From the IMG/VR virus record IMGVR_UViG_3300009514_000888, positions 122,299 to 186,298 of that record: a stretch of 64,000 bases of DNA; one strand, given 5' to 3'. Made by a program: the position numbers and the translations under genes. Of the stretch, positions 17,135 to 26,899 are shown piece by piece; position 1 is the first letter of the stretch, and every line of letters begins with the position of its first letter. The stretch comes from a virus. Under the pieces are notes generated by a model that was not told the origin of the DNA, did not search any database, and saw nothing but the letters and a program-made list of their open reading frames with translations.

Positions 17135-19396
17135 ATGTCTCAGGTCATTCTTACAAACTGGACCATCTTTTTCGCGGACGATGCTCCGGCTGCTTCGTCT
17201 GGCATGAAGCAGATTACATGGACTGGGGGAGGCGGACCGGAGGATAACACGAATACTGTCAATGACCTTTATTCCGAGATTATGCATTATTTTTCCATAC
17301 CTGGAAATAATGACGCCGATGACACCACTCCCATGAAAGCCGTTACTCCTGTGAGATATGAGATAGGGAGGTTCGATTCAGGCGATTTGGAGGCTTGGTT
17401 TATTGACCCCGTGAGCGCCCAGCACTTAACTGGCGGATCGATTCAAACAGTTGGTTGGACGAGAGTTGCTGACTCTTTCTCAGGGATTGTCAAGGTGGCA
17501 TATACTCCGACAACCAACCAGTTTGTGGCTTCTGACATTGGCCGAACGGTGACGCACGATGATGGCGATACTGGTATTTTACTTTGGTTTGATTCGACGA
17601 ATAATGAGGCTTGGATTCGCCCGACAGATGCGACTTCAACTAATAACTGGGATTCTGGAGCCAATGACTTCGTCGCCACTCTCGGAACTGGAGATGTTAC
17701 TCAAACGGCGACAGCTGTTACCGGAGAGCGTCTTTGGTCGAATGAGAGAACGATTGGCACGCTTGAAGATAATACCCGTATATTTGTTGCACAAGCAAAT
17801 ACAGAAATCAGCAACTTTTGGGGAGATGGAGATGCGATCCAGCAGATTAATAGGCTATTTCTTGTTAATGATGGCTTTGATGCGGGCTTGATCAACAAGG
17901 GCTTGCTAACGACGTATGCCCGTCAATATAGCAAATTATATGATCACTTTATTGCGGACTTGAGCGGCGGCGGACAGGTTCCAGTTCCCCTGTCTACTTC
18001 TGACGACAAGAACAATACTTCTGGCAACAGGACCGTTACGGTCACTGGCGCATCTTCTGCATTTTCTATAGACGAAGTTGTCACTGGCGGAACCAGCGGC
18101 GCTAAGGGCGTGGTGACCGTCAATATCGGCAATCCAACAACATCTTTCGATTACTACTTAATAGACGATCTGACGGATTTTAATGCGTCCGAGACTCTGT
18201 CTGGTAGCATTGTTGGCGCAAATGGCTCGACAAACGGCGCACCAGCCGACGACGGACCGGCGCTCAATACGGGCGTCACTATAACCTTCGGGGAAGAGGA
18301 CGCATCTTTTAATACTGGCACGGGCGTCAATGGAACAACAGAGGTGATTACGACGGCCGCGGCTCATGGTTTTTCGACTGAAGATGAAGTAGACTATACA
18401 AAGGATGGCGGCACAGCAGTCATTGGGCTAACAGAGGGAACGCTGTACTATGCTAGATCATTGTCAGCTACAACTTTGTCTTTGCATGCATCGGCTGCGG
18501 ATGCTGCATCAGATACAGCCAGAATTGACTTGACCGCTGCGGGGGCAGAGACGCATCGATTGGTTAGGTCTTATGACTTTGACGAGAATGGAACTGGGGA
18601 AAGTTATTCAATCATCATTAATTGCGATAGCCTTGATTTGCCTGATCTTTATGAACGGTTGAAGCATATTACGAGGAGAGGGGAGACGGCGACGCTGAAC
18701 GGCATTGAGGGTCAGCAGTATATCGGCACCAATTATCGCATTGATTACAATGCTTTAACTGGCACGATTGATACAGGCAATACATTGACGCAGCTATTGG
18801 CAGATGGCACGACCACGACCACAGTGGTCCAGAAGCATCATACGATAGATGGCTTTCTGATGCTTCGTGATACGGATGGTGATTTAGAAGTTGGGGCCGG
18901 GGCTGCAAACTTGCAGATTGATGGATCGAATTTTGTGACGATGACTGGCGGCGCAACAGCGGAGATTATCCAGCCGGTAAGATTATCCCCCTTCGGCACC
19001 CTGGCAGGCGGACGATTTTTTGGCGCTCGGGGCGTCTATTTGGAGAATTTCGATTCATCGGAATTGAATAATATTGAATTGATAGACGACGGAGGACCAA
19101 CTCGTACCTCGCCTATTGTGGTCACGTTTCAGCTGACTGGTTTGCAGTCAAATTCGGAAGTCAGACTTTGCGATTCAGATGTGGCCGATGGCGATCCATC
19201 TCAGGAGATAGCTGGAACGGAGAGTTCCGGCACCACCTTCTCTTATCAATATACCTATGTCGGGGATGTGAATGCCCATGTTATTATTCATCATTTGAAT
19301 TACCAATGGCAGCGGATTAGCGGTTTGGTTTTAAGCACTTCAGATCAATCGATCCCTGTTCAGCAGCAGCGTGATCGCAATTTCAGCAATCCATAA
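17135..19396 (+). CDS. Virion fibre/structural protein (753 aa)
   Basis: T/G/D-rich; shared module at 18302-18562; C-terminal TGLQSNSEVR...IPVQQQRDRNFSNP tail recalled from phage structural proteins. Confidence 0.65.
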   Translation: MSQVILTNWTIFFADDAPAASSGMKQITWTGGGGPEDNTNTVNDLYSEIMHYFSIPGNNDADDTTPMKAVTPVRYEIGRFDSGDLEAWFIDPVSAQHLTGGSIQTVGWTRVADSFSGIVKVAYTPTTNQFVASDIGRTVTHDDGDTGILLWFDSTNNEAWIRPTDATSTNNWDSGANDFVATLGTGDVTQTATAVTGERLWSNERTIGTLEDNTRIFVAQANTEISNFWGDGDAIQQINRLFLVNDGFDAGLINKGLLTTYARQYSKLYDHFIADLSGGGQVPVPLSTSDDKNNTSGNRTVTVTGASSAFSIDEVVTGGTSGAKGVVTVNIGNPTTSFDYYLIDDLTDFNASETLSGSIVGANGSTNGAPADDGPALNTGVTITFGEEDASFNTGTGVNGTTEVITTAAAHGFSTEDEVDYTKDGGTAVIGLTEGTLYYARSLSATTLSLHASAADAASDTARIDLTAAGAETHRLVRSYDFDENGTGESYSIIINCDSLDLPDLYERLKHITRRGETATLNGIEGQQYIGTNYRIDYNALTGTIDTGNTLTQLLADGTTTTTVVQKHHTIDGFLMLRDTDGDLEVGAGAANLQIDGSNFVTMTGGATAEIIQPVRLSPFGTLAGGRFFGARGVYLENFDSSELNNIELIDDGGPTRTSPIVVTFQLTGLQSNSEVRLCDSDVADGDPSQEIAGTESSGTTFSYQYTYVGDVNAHVIIHHLNYQWQRISGLVLSTSDQSIPVQQQRDRNFSNP

Positions 19397-19492
19397 TGTG
19401 GTTGTGCCTGAAAGGTCTTTTCTTGCGAACATAGAAATAGAATATCAGCCAATGGCTGCGATGTCTCACCCCCATATAGAGGAAATGCGAGC

Positions 19493-21115
19493 ATGAGTAA
19501 TACTAATTTTGGACGTTGGTCAAGCTATCAGATTCCTCCAGACTCTACTGGCAAGGAAATCGCCACAACCGCTGTTCTAAAGGTCACTTACGCTTCTGGA
19601 ACGATTGACTTTACCAGAGGCGATGCGGTTACCGGCGCGGCTTCTGGACTGACGGGAAAGGTTTCGGCAGTAGACGGCACCACAACGGCGGGCGACATAT
19701 ATGTTGTTGTCAATTTCTCTAGTCCTGCTGATGATTTTGATGTTGCCGAAGATATCCAGGTCAATGCGGTTACGAATGCGGTTGTTTCTTCTACGGTTCG
19801 CATGCATGCTCCGACCGGAACTGTAGTTGGGGCAAATAATCCGCTCAATGCTCAATTCGTTGGTCCCAAAGGTTCGGCGTATATTCGATTTGCTGATGGC
19901 GATCAGCAGATTGATGCAGCAGGCATATCCAGGGTTTCTCAGGCAACTCAAATTGCTCAGTACTGGAATCGTTATGATAAGAATGAGGATTTCCAGGAAA
20001 CGGTAACGGGCGGCGGTTCGACGACCCACTTGCCTAATGAGTCGGCTGTCGCGATGGACGTTGGAACCCCAAGCGGAGATGAAGTTATTTGGCAAAGCCA
20101 TCTCTATCACATCTATCAGATGGGATATTCACAGAACGTGGAGATGACTATTGCAGTTGGGGACACTGGCAAGTCCAATGTTCGCAGGCGATGGGGATAT
20201 TTTGACGCTGACAATGGAGCATTTTTCGAGCTAAACGGAACAACTTTGTCTGTGGTCCGCAGAAGCCGAGCGACTGGTAGCGTGGTAGATACAGCCGTGA
20301 ATCAGTCGTTATGGAATGGCGACCGCTTGGACGGCGGAGGCGGTATTGATAACTTATCATTAATGAATATAGATGTTAGCACGATGCTGATCTATTGGAT
20401 TGACTATCAGTGGATGGGCGCGGGGCAGCTAAGATTTGGTGTTTACGATGACCAGGGAGACAGGATCACTGTTCACAGTGTACAAAATACCAACATCCGT
20501 GCCGAACCCTGGATGACGCATCCAGCGCTGCCTGTTAGGTTTGAAATTACCAATACGAGTACAGCGGCATCTCCCAGCCGCCTAAAGGCAGTATGCTGTT
20601 CTGTTAAGACAGATGGCAACTTAGTGGAAGCTCGATCAAGAAAGACGGTTAAGTGGTCGATTGAGTCCGCTACTAATTCGAGCGTAGCCGATACGGCATT
20701 TGAGCCTATTATTTCATTTAGAAGCAAGACTACTTTGAATAGTATTGTGAACCGAAAAATCTCTATTCCTGAACTGATTTCCGTGTATGTTACTAATAAT
20801 CCCATTTTGTTTGCAATTATCAGGAATCCGACAACCTTGACTGGCGCGAGCTGGGGGTCGGTATCCACGCGATCAGCGGCAGAATTTGACGACTCGGCTA
20901 CAGTCATCTCTGGCGGAGACCAGCTGGTCACCTGGGCGCTCGACATTGGAACGCATAATCTATCGTTGCCGTCGAATTTCGGCCTTTTTTCTGAGAATCT
21001 CCACGTCCTGGGCGATGGTACGGTGGGAGACGTATTTAGTTTTGCGACGAAGTGCTTGGTATCGGCATCGACTTCAGGAGTGACGATGTTTCCGACATGG
21101 ATTGATGTGGAGTGA
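19493..21115 (+). CDS. Virion structural protein (540 aa), lectin/jelly-roll-like central region
   Basis: QIPPDSTGK start; RRRWGYFDADNGAFFELNG and YWIDYQWMGAGQLRFG blocks recalled from phage structural proteins. Confidence 0.6.
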   Translation: MSNTNFGRWSSYQIPPDSTGKEIATTAVLKVTYASGTIDFTRGDAVTGAASGLTGKVSAVDGTTTAGDIYVVVNFSSPADDFDVAEDIQVNAVTNAVVSSTVRMHAPTGTVVGANNPLNAQFVGPKGSAYIRFADGDQQIDAAGISRVSQATQIAQYWNRYDKNEDFQETVTGGGSTTHLPNESAVAMDVGTPSGDEVIWQSHLYHIYQMGYSQNVEMTIAVGDTGKSNVRRRWGYFDADNGAFFELNGTTLSVVRRSRATGSVVDTAVNQSLWNGDRLDGGGGIDNLSLMNIDVSTMLIYWIDYQWMGAGQLRFGVYDDQGDRITVHSVQNTNIRAEPWMTHPALPVRFEITNTSTAASPSRLKAVCCSVKTDGNLVEARSRKTVKWSIESATNSSVADTAFEPIISFRSKTTLNSIVNRKISIPELISVYVTNNPILFAIIRNPTTLTGASWGSVSTRSAAEFDDSATVISGGDQLVTWALDIGTHNLSLPSNFGLFSENLHVLGDGTVGDVFSFATKCLVSASTSGVTMFPTWIDVE

Positions 21116-21116
21116 T

Positions 21117-22094
21117 ATGTTTAGTAACATATACGCAACCTATGGAGAAGATTATTGGGAGTTACGCGATAAGGTAACGTTTGATGGAGAAAACAGCCTC
21201 ATCATTGTCAATGAAGGCGAGACGGAGATTAACATCCAGGCAGATATCTATAGCGCCTGGAAAGACTGGGCGCTTCTTCGCGACTACCTAAAATTCCGAG
21301 CTGCCCTCCGAACAACGGGCGGCGACCCCTTGCCCAGTGGCGACGCTCTTGGCGCTACTTTCTTCCTCATTAACGGTTGGCAAATCTTTCTCGATCATGC
21401 CGCTAATTTTACAGGTAACATTTTTAATGACCTGGGAGGAGATGTCTTTGTCACAGCTGCCGATCTGAAAGTTGCCACGACGACTGTATCGAACTTGATT
21501 GATAAGGTGAACCTCTCCGGCGGCGACGGTTTCTTGGCTAGCGACCGAACGACGTTGGATACGATTTTGTCCCAGACCACCGCCGACGCGATAGCGGATG
21601 CTGTTTGGGATGCCTTGGCTGTTGACTATACGGCTACGGGCGCTACTGGAGAGTTGCTGAACAACATACCTGGCGATGTGGCGGATACGGTATGGGACGA
21701 GACGGCATCCGATCATAATGCGCCTGGATCGATGGGAGAGAAACAGAATACATCCACAGTCGATCAGGATGGCATAGCGGATGCCGTTTGGGATGCTCAG
21801 AGATCAGATCATAATACGGCTGGGACATTTGGCGAAGGCGTAGCCACAAGCGGCGGTGGCGCAGGCGGCGGGTCGGTCGTGATCAATGTGGGACATGCTG
21901 ATGACAACTTTAGGATGTTAAGCCAAGATACGAATGCTGGTCCTGCCATAATCGTAGAAATGGGAGTCACGACGCCTACAAATACCTTCAAGGTTATTAA
22001 GGGCAAAACGCAGAACACTACAACTGATGAGGTAGAAACCGGAACGTCCTCTGCCAAATCAGTCAATATAGAAACTGGAACTGGAAATTCTTGA
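21117..22094 (+). CDS. Virion structural protein with ADAVWD repeats
   Basis: KVTFDG...DIYSAWKDW...GGDPL...FFLINGW block; three IADAVWD/VADTVWD repeats; ATG at 21117 just after upstream TGA. Confidence 0.6.
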   Translation: MFSNIYATYGEDYWELRDKVTFDGENSLIIVNEGETEINIQADIYSAWKDWALLRDYLKFRAALRTTGGDPLPSGDALGATFFLINGWQIFLDHAANFTGNIFNDLGGDVFVTAADLKVATTTVSNLIDKVNLSGGDGFLASDRTTLDTILSQTTADAIADAVWDALAVDYTATGATGELLNNIPGDVADTVWDETASDHNAPGSMGEKQNTSTVDQDGIADAVWDAQRSDHNTAGTFGEGVATSGGGAGGGSVVINVGHADDNFRMLSQDTNAGPAIIVEMGVTTPTNTFKVIKGKTQNTTTDEVETGTSSAKSVNIETGTGNS

Positions 22095-22111
22095 TAGAAG
22101 GAGGCAAGCAA

Positions 22112-22321
22112 ATGCCATCACCAATCTGGGATGCTCTAAAAAAGCACTATGAGGCTCAGTCATCGGATGCGGAAGCCAATCTGAGCATGATTCTCAGTGG
22201 TCAGGTGACCATTGGAGAGGGGACAGACTATCGCAGGGAATTGCGGAGATGGATTCTACAGCTAAGTGAAGCAGAACAAGTCTTGGAGACAATGCAAAAG
22301 CACAAGAATCTCGCGAACTGA
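22112..22321 (+). CDS. Small helical hypothetical protein (paralogue of 26680..26898)
   Basis: GGAGG SD then ATG 22112; KHYEAQ...AEANL..IL.....IG..TD...E.R.W..QL..AE.VL shared with 26680. Confidence 0.7.
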   Translation: MPSPIWDALKKHYEAQSSDAEANLSMILSGQVTIGEGTDYRRELRRWILQLSEAEQVLETMQKHKNLAN

Positions 22322-22335
22322 ATAGGGTTGGATTC

Positions 22336-23628
22336 ATGGCTCAAAAAGTATTCATTAAATACCGCGAAACCGGCGATCTTAAGAATGCGTATTCTGTAAC
22401 GCTGGCGTCCGAAGATGGCGCATTCGGCATCAAGGTGACCACAACAGGGGAGGTTATTTTCCCTTCTGGCACGTCGGTGAGCAATCCGTCCGTTGGCGTC
22501 TATGAGAAATCTTTTGATCCATCTCTCAATACTGTTTACACAGTATCTTGGAAAATTGTTGGCAGTGCTGGTGCGGAGGCCAGGTTTGTTGTTCAGCAGA
22601 TTGGTCCTTTTGAAGACGATGATGGCGTCAGCGCGGTTGTCAAGAAAGTCAGGGGTCCATTTATTCAGGGGACAACCGGGTCCATACTTATTACCATTAT
22701 TGACGAGATGGGGTCTCCGATTGATGCAGACCTGATTACTTACAGCATCGTGGATTCTGATTCGGAGGAAGTTGTGTCTGGCGTTCCTCTTAAGGTCAAA
22801 ACCGGATGTTATGTTTTCGACTGGGAGATAGATGAAGATCAGGACGTAGGTCGTTATACGGTAACTTGGAGTTACGCTGTTCGAGGCGTATCTCATATCG
22901 AGATTACGGATATTGTTGTCAGCGATGTTGGCGATGATGACGGCAGTTTTCATTATAGCGGCATTATTCTTTTGTTCCGTGAATCTTTGGAGCTGATGCT
23001 GGATTGCGCTCAGAATGTTCCTATTTATTTTGAGCAAGCTCAGCCTACTCGCGATCGCAAGACTTATCGTTTTACCAAACAGATGTGGAATCCTACTACA
23101 GGAACGCATATCTACCGTAACAAAGAGATGGTCAATGCGGGATTTGATATCGACTATCTCAAGGGATTAGTAACCTTTACGAATCCACTGACTGAGTTTG
23201 ACTCTGTTTATGCCGACTATAACTTTCGATGGTTCTCGGATGAGCAGTTGGACAGATATCTCTCCAATGGCTTGCATGCGGTGAATATTTTTCCTCCCGA
23301 AACCAATCATACGCTTGCGGATGTGCCCCAGAAGTTTATCCCCATTATCCTGTATGGTGCAGCCAAGGATGCTCTGCGATCCATGATGTTATGGTTGCAA
23401 TATCCAGAACCAGCGGAACTGTTCGGCGGACCAGAGCGGGCAAGCCAGGTCTTTGGCAATCTCGAGACATTGAAGAAGAACTATCATGAAGATTGGCTCA
23501 AGCTACTTGAGCAAAAGAAACTCGGCAGGTATCCAAGAGGTAGAAATATAGTGGTTCCCGAATATACGCTTCCCGGTGGAAGGAGTCGTTGGTTCAGATT
23601 TTTGTTTGGCACAGGTTCAGCATCATAA
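22336..23628 (+). CDS. Neck/head-closure-like virion protein with N-terminal Ig-like domains
   Basis: Two Ig-like segments (one shared with 57918 gene); C-terminal FSDEQLDRYL...IILYGAAKDAL helical region resembling head-tail connectors. Confidence 0.5.
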   Translation: MAQKVFIKYRETGDLKNAYSVTLASEDGAFGIKVTTTGEVIFPSGTSVSNPSVGVYEKSFDPSLNTVYTVSWKIVGSAGAEARFVVQQIGPFEDDDGVSAVVKKVRGPFIQGTTGSILITIIDEMGSPIDADLITYSIVDSDSEEVVSGVPLKVKTGCYVFDWEIDEDQDVGRYTVTWSYAVRGVSHIEITDIVVSDVGDDDGSFHYSGIILLFRESLELMLDCAQNVPIYFEQAQPTRDRKTYRFTKQMWNPTTGTHIYRNKEMVNAGFDIDYLKGLVTFTNPLTEFDSVYADYNFRWFSDEQLDRYLSNGLHAVNIFPPETNHTLADVPQKFIPIILYGAAKDALRSMMLWLQYPEPAELFGGPERASQVFGNLETLKKNYHEDWLKLLEQKKLGRYPRGRNIVVPEYTLPGGRSRWFRFLFGTGSAS

Positions 23629-23654
23629 AGGACTTACGTCATTTTTTGTCCTTT
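23627..23654 (+). repeat. AAGGACTTACGT motif with AAAGGAC/GTCCTTT stem, copy 2
   Basis: Perfect 7-bp stem overlapping the stop codon of 22336..23628. Confidence 0.45.
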
Positions 23655-23695
23655 ATTTCTATTGTTGTTCCAAATTAGGGTATATTCTGGAAAAA

Positions 23696-23709
23696 TGTCG
23701 ATAAATAAG
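23696..23709 (+). promoter_or_regulatory. Candidate phage promoter motif TGTCGATAAATAAG
   Basis: Intergenic; similar to 38313 and 61429; upstream of an SD (AGGAG) and ATG. Confidence 0.3.
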
Positions 23710-23729
23710 TATATTCTTATTTAGGAGAC

Positions 23730-25823
23730 ATGGATATGCCCTGGAAAGGATCGCAATTATCAGAAACATCTGTGCAGCGCATGAAGCAGTCCAAGCAGCG
23801 ACGAATGCAATCCAAGTTTGATTGGTCTATTGCTGAACCATATTTAGACACCATATTAGACAATGGTAGTCGAAATCGAAAAGCAAAGTTCATTACACTT
23901 CGAGAGTTTAGGGAGCTAATTGAGAGCGGTAGAAGTTTGAAAGATATTAGGCTGGATGGAATTTCCAAACACATAGTTAATTTTTACAGTTTGTTTTGCC
24001 AGGGAAAAATCAATCTTTCCAAAGCACACTTTCTTATTGAATACGAATCAGGATTAGGTCTTGATGAGATTGCTGAAAAGTATAGTATTTCGCGAGACAA
24101 CATGACGTTCTTGCGTCAGCTATATGATGTCAAAGCCAGGGGCGCAACTTTTCAACATAGAAAGGCGACCGAAACCCCTTTGACACAGAGACAAAAAGAG
24201 ATTTTATATGGTTCGATGCTTGGAGATGCTAAACAAGCATCTCTTTCGTCGGTGGCTTTTAAGCAGGGAGAAAAACAAAAAGATTATTTGTTATGGAAAT
24301 ATAGAGAGTTTGAAAATGTGGCATCCAAGAATTCTCTAAAATCATTTACTGTACTCGACCCCAGAAGTGGGCAGGAACATACTTCATGGCAGTTTTACAC
24401 TCATGCCAATACCGATGTCGAAGCTTGTGTGGACATCTTTTATCAAAACGGCAAGAAAGATATATCACAACCTATCTTGGATCAATTAACAGCCCTATCA
24501 GTTGCCGTATGGTTCATGGATGACGGAAAAACCGATTTTCATCATCGTCACATCAAAGGGAAAATGCATCAAATCAATCCAGAATGTATGTTTTGTACGG
24601 AATCTTTTTCAAAAGAAGGATGCGAATTAGCATGTCGGTGGTTCAGGGAAACATGGGGATTATCAGCTTACCTGAGGACAAGAAAGCTTTCGAATGGCAC
24701 TGGATATCGTATATGTATTAGAAGTCCTGATACAGATAAGTTTTTCGATGTTATCAGGCCATATGTGCTTCCTCTGTTTATGTACAAAATTAGTTATCGT
24801 AAATATATAGAAGAAAAGACAAATTCAGATATAGCATTAGCGGATATCATTGGCTGTCCGGTGGGCGAAGAATTTGTGTCTCTGTCTATACCAGAACAAG
24901 AAGGTCGCATTAACCAAATTGTATCCTATTGGCATCGAAGGGGTGTAAGCCGACTCTTGCCGTATCCAAAATATTTTAAGAAAGACATGAAAAGGGTTCT
25001 TCAATACGATGCGGACAGATTGTTGCATGATGATTACATTGCTTTCTGTACGCTTGGAAATAATTTCCTAATGTCTCATTTTCCAAATTTCTATGAGGCC
25101 AAAGCAAAAGGAGGGAAGTCGGCAGCCGAAATCTTCAATAATGAGAGATATTTGAGCGAAATAGTCAGGGGTATTTTGCAGGATGGCCATTTCCCACGCG
25201 GAAATAGAATTAGAAGCAAACTGAGCGACTATAGAGGCAATCGCATGGTTTCTGGCTTCATGCCATGTGTAGCCAAATCTATATATCACAGGTATTGCGA
25301 TACTGGGTTTAAGGTCTTGGATTTTTGCGCAGGTTATGGAGGCAGGCTTTTCGGGGCGATGGCGTGCGAGAAGATTGTGTCTTATACGGGCATAGAAGTT
25401 AATTACACAAGTTATGATAACTTGTGCGAGCTGCGACGATCACTTAAATTATACGGGAATGTTTGCAAGCCAGCTAACCTGATTAATGCCGATGCTATTG
25501 AAGGTATGCGACAGTTTAGTGATAAATATTTTGACTTTGCCTTTACCTCAGTTCCCTACTTTGATTGTGAAGAATATAGCGACCAATATAGCCAAAGTTT
25601 TCGTCGATATGCCAATTATGCAGAGTGGTTTGAGAAATTCCTTTTGGCATCTATAAGCGAAGCAAAAAGAGTGAGTAAAGTGGTATTATTAAATGTTGCT
25701 AACACTGGAGCGTATCAGATCGCAGAAGATTTGGCTTCTGCTCAAAGTGTTAGTCCGGTCGATAACATACGTATGTCACGCAGGGGAGGCGGAACGAAAT
25801 TTGAACCGTTGTTTTTGCTATAA
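23730..25823 (+). CDS. LAGLIDADG homing endonuclease fused to an amino-DNA methyltransferase
   Basis: HTH-like GLDEIAEKYSISR; LTQRQKEILYGSMLGDA and LTALSVAVWFMDDG (I-SceI/LAGLIDADG_2 type); C-terminal VLDFCAGYGGRLFGA (motif I) and FAFTSVPYF (SPPY-like motif IV). Confidence 0.8.
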   Translation: MDMPWKGSQLSETSVQRMKQSKQRRMQSKFDWSIAEPYLDTILDNGSRNRKAKFITLREFRELIESGRSLKDIRLDGISKHIVNFYSLFCQGKINLSKAHFLIEYESGLGLDEIAEKYSISRDNMTFLRQLYDVKARGATFQHRKATETPLTQRQKEILYGSMLGDAKQASLSSVAFKQGEKQKDYLLWKYREFENVASKNSLKSFTVLDPRSGQEHTSWQFYTHANTDVEACVDIFYQNGKKDISQPILDQLTALSVAVWFMDDGKTDFHHRHIKGKMHQINPECMFCTESFSKEGCELACRWFRETWGLSAYLRTRKLSNGTGYRICIRSPDTDKFFDVIRPYVLPLFMYKISYRKYIEEKTNSDIALADIIGCPVGEEFVSLSIPEQEGRINQIVSYWHRRGVSRLLPYPKYFKKDMKRVLQYDADRLLHDDYIAFCTLGNNFLMSHFPNFYEAKAKGGKSAAEIFNNERYLSEIVRGILQDGHFPRGNRIRSKLSDYRGNRMVSGFMPCVAKSIYHRYCDTGFKVLDFCAGYGGRLFGAMACEKIVSYTGIEVNYTSYDNLCELRRSLKLYGNVCKPANLINADAIEGMRQFSDKYFDFAFTSVPYFDCEEYSDQYSQSFRRYANYAEWFEKFLLASISEAKRVSKVVLLNVANTGAYQIAEDLASAQSVSPVDNIRMSRRGGGTKFEPLFLL

Positions 25824-25833
25824 GGATCATTCC

Positions 25834-26046
25834 ATGCCAGCCAATTCCACCAAAAAGACTCGTAAGCGATCTCGTCTCTCTGGTGTCCCCCAGGACATTG
25901 ATGATCGCACGTGGTATTACGAAGAGCCGAAAGGTATCTGTCTTGTCCGTCAGGTCTACGACAATAGCGATCACTATTTGAGGACTGATCAGATTTGGCT
26001 ACCCTGGCGAAAAATACGTGCCAGTTTGAAGCGTAAGGACGATTAG
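25834..26046 (+). CDS. Hypothetical protein
   Basis: AAGGA then ATG 25834; basic 70-aa product. Confidence 0.5.
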   Translation: MPANSTKKTRKRSRLSGVPQDIDDRTWYYEEPKGICLVRQVYDNSDHYLRTDQIWLPWRKIRASLKRKDD

Positions 26047-26111
26047 ACATAATTAATGCCCAAGCACTATAGGCACAAGTGAAAAATTGCCGGGTATGTT
26101 ATGCTGTCCTC

Positions 26112-26336
26112 ATGCCTAGAGAGTATGCTTTTTTCTTTCACTACAACAAACCGGCATCTGCGCGCGCGGGAAAGCCGCAAATATCGGTGCATTATAAAAA
26201 CGCCTGTCACATCGTGGATAATGTTGTCGTCAACGTCAAAACATGGGGGCATCTTAACAAGCGCCAACCGAGATTTGTGGTTAAGGGGCGATGCAGCCAG
26301 ATGCGCGTCAGGGGAGGCGTAGCCTACTTCGATTGA
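26112..26336 (+). CDS. Hypothetical phage protein
   Basis: FFFHYNKPAS...ISVHYKNACHIVDN block recalled from phage hypotheticals; start uncertain (26079 or 26112). Confidence 0.55.
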   Translation: MPREYAFFFHYNKPASARAGKPQISVHYKNACHIVDNVVVNVKTWGHLNKRQPRFVVKGRCSQMRVRGGVAYFD

Positions 26337-26404
26337 AGGATAATTCACTTCTTTTGCTGGAATTAATCTAACGGTATTGCCTGCTTCACCAAAGGGGGAG
26401 AGAT

Positions 26405-26644
26405 ATGGGTGATTATCGTTTTTATAGTCATGGCTGGTGGGACGATAGTGACCTGGAGCATTTCATGCAGTTTGCCATTGCGGATGACAATACTGGCGAA
26501 ACAGTTTGGAATAGTGCATGGTTCGACCTCAAATGTGCGGATGCATCGGTTACGAAAATGATGCGTAATCAGATCAATGCTTTAGCCGAAAAATACGATA
26601 TGGAGATAGATACCGAGCCTGATGACTTATGTCGATGGCGCTAG
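26405..26644 (+). CDS. Hypothetical protein
   Basis: GGGGAG SD then ATG; 79 aa. Confidence 0.55.
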   Translation: MGDYRFYSHGWWDDSDLEHFMQFAIADDNTGETVWNSAWFDLKCADASVTKMMRNQINALAEKYDMEIDTEPDDLCRWR

Positions 26645-26679
26645 GACGACCATGCCAATGATCCTACAAGGAAAAATAA

Positions 26680-26898
26680 ATGTCTAAATTACTCAAAGCG
26701 ACCCGCAAGCATTACGAAGCCCAGATAGCCGAAGCCGAAGCTAACTTAGAAATTATCCTGCACAACAACGCCGGGATTGGGGATCATACAGATTTCCAGG
26801 CAGAAGTTCGCAAATGGCTGGAGCAACTTGATCATGCCGAAAGCGTGTTGGGAACGCTAGGAAAGCATTCAAATCAATTGATTTATCAACCGGAATAA
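26680..26898 (+). CDS. Small helical hypothetical protein (paralogue of 22112..22321)
   Basis: KHYEAQIAEAEANLEIILHNNAGIGDHTDFQAEVRKWLEQL. Confidence 0.7.
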   Translation: MSKLLKATRKHYEAQIAEAEANLEIILHNNAGIGDHTDFQAEVRKWLEQLDHAESVLGTLGKHSNQLIYQPE

Positions 26899-26899
26899 A

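Noticed and set aside
22228-23109. 293-aa minus-strand ORF and the many other antisense ORFs (e.g. 33091..33825, 36944..37660, 54330..54938, 59241..59888)
   Set aside because: They lie opposite well-supported plus-strand genes, lack SD sites or recognisable motifs, and look like shadow frames.
23730-24850. LAGLIDADG domain as part of an intein
   Set aside because: No N-terminal Cys/Ser Hint block and no His-Asn/Cys-Ser-Thr junction between endonuclease and methyltransferase.
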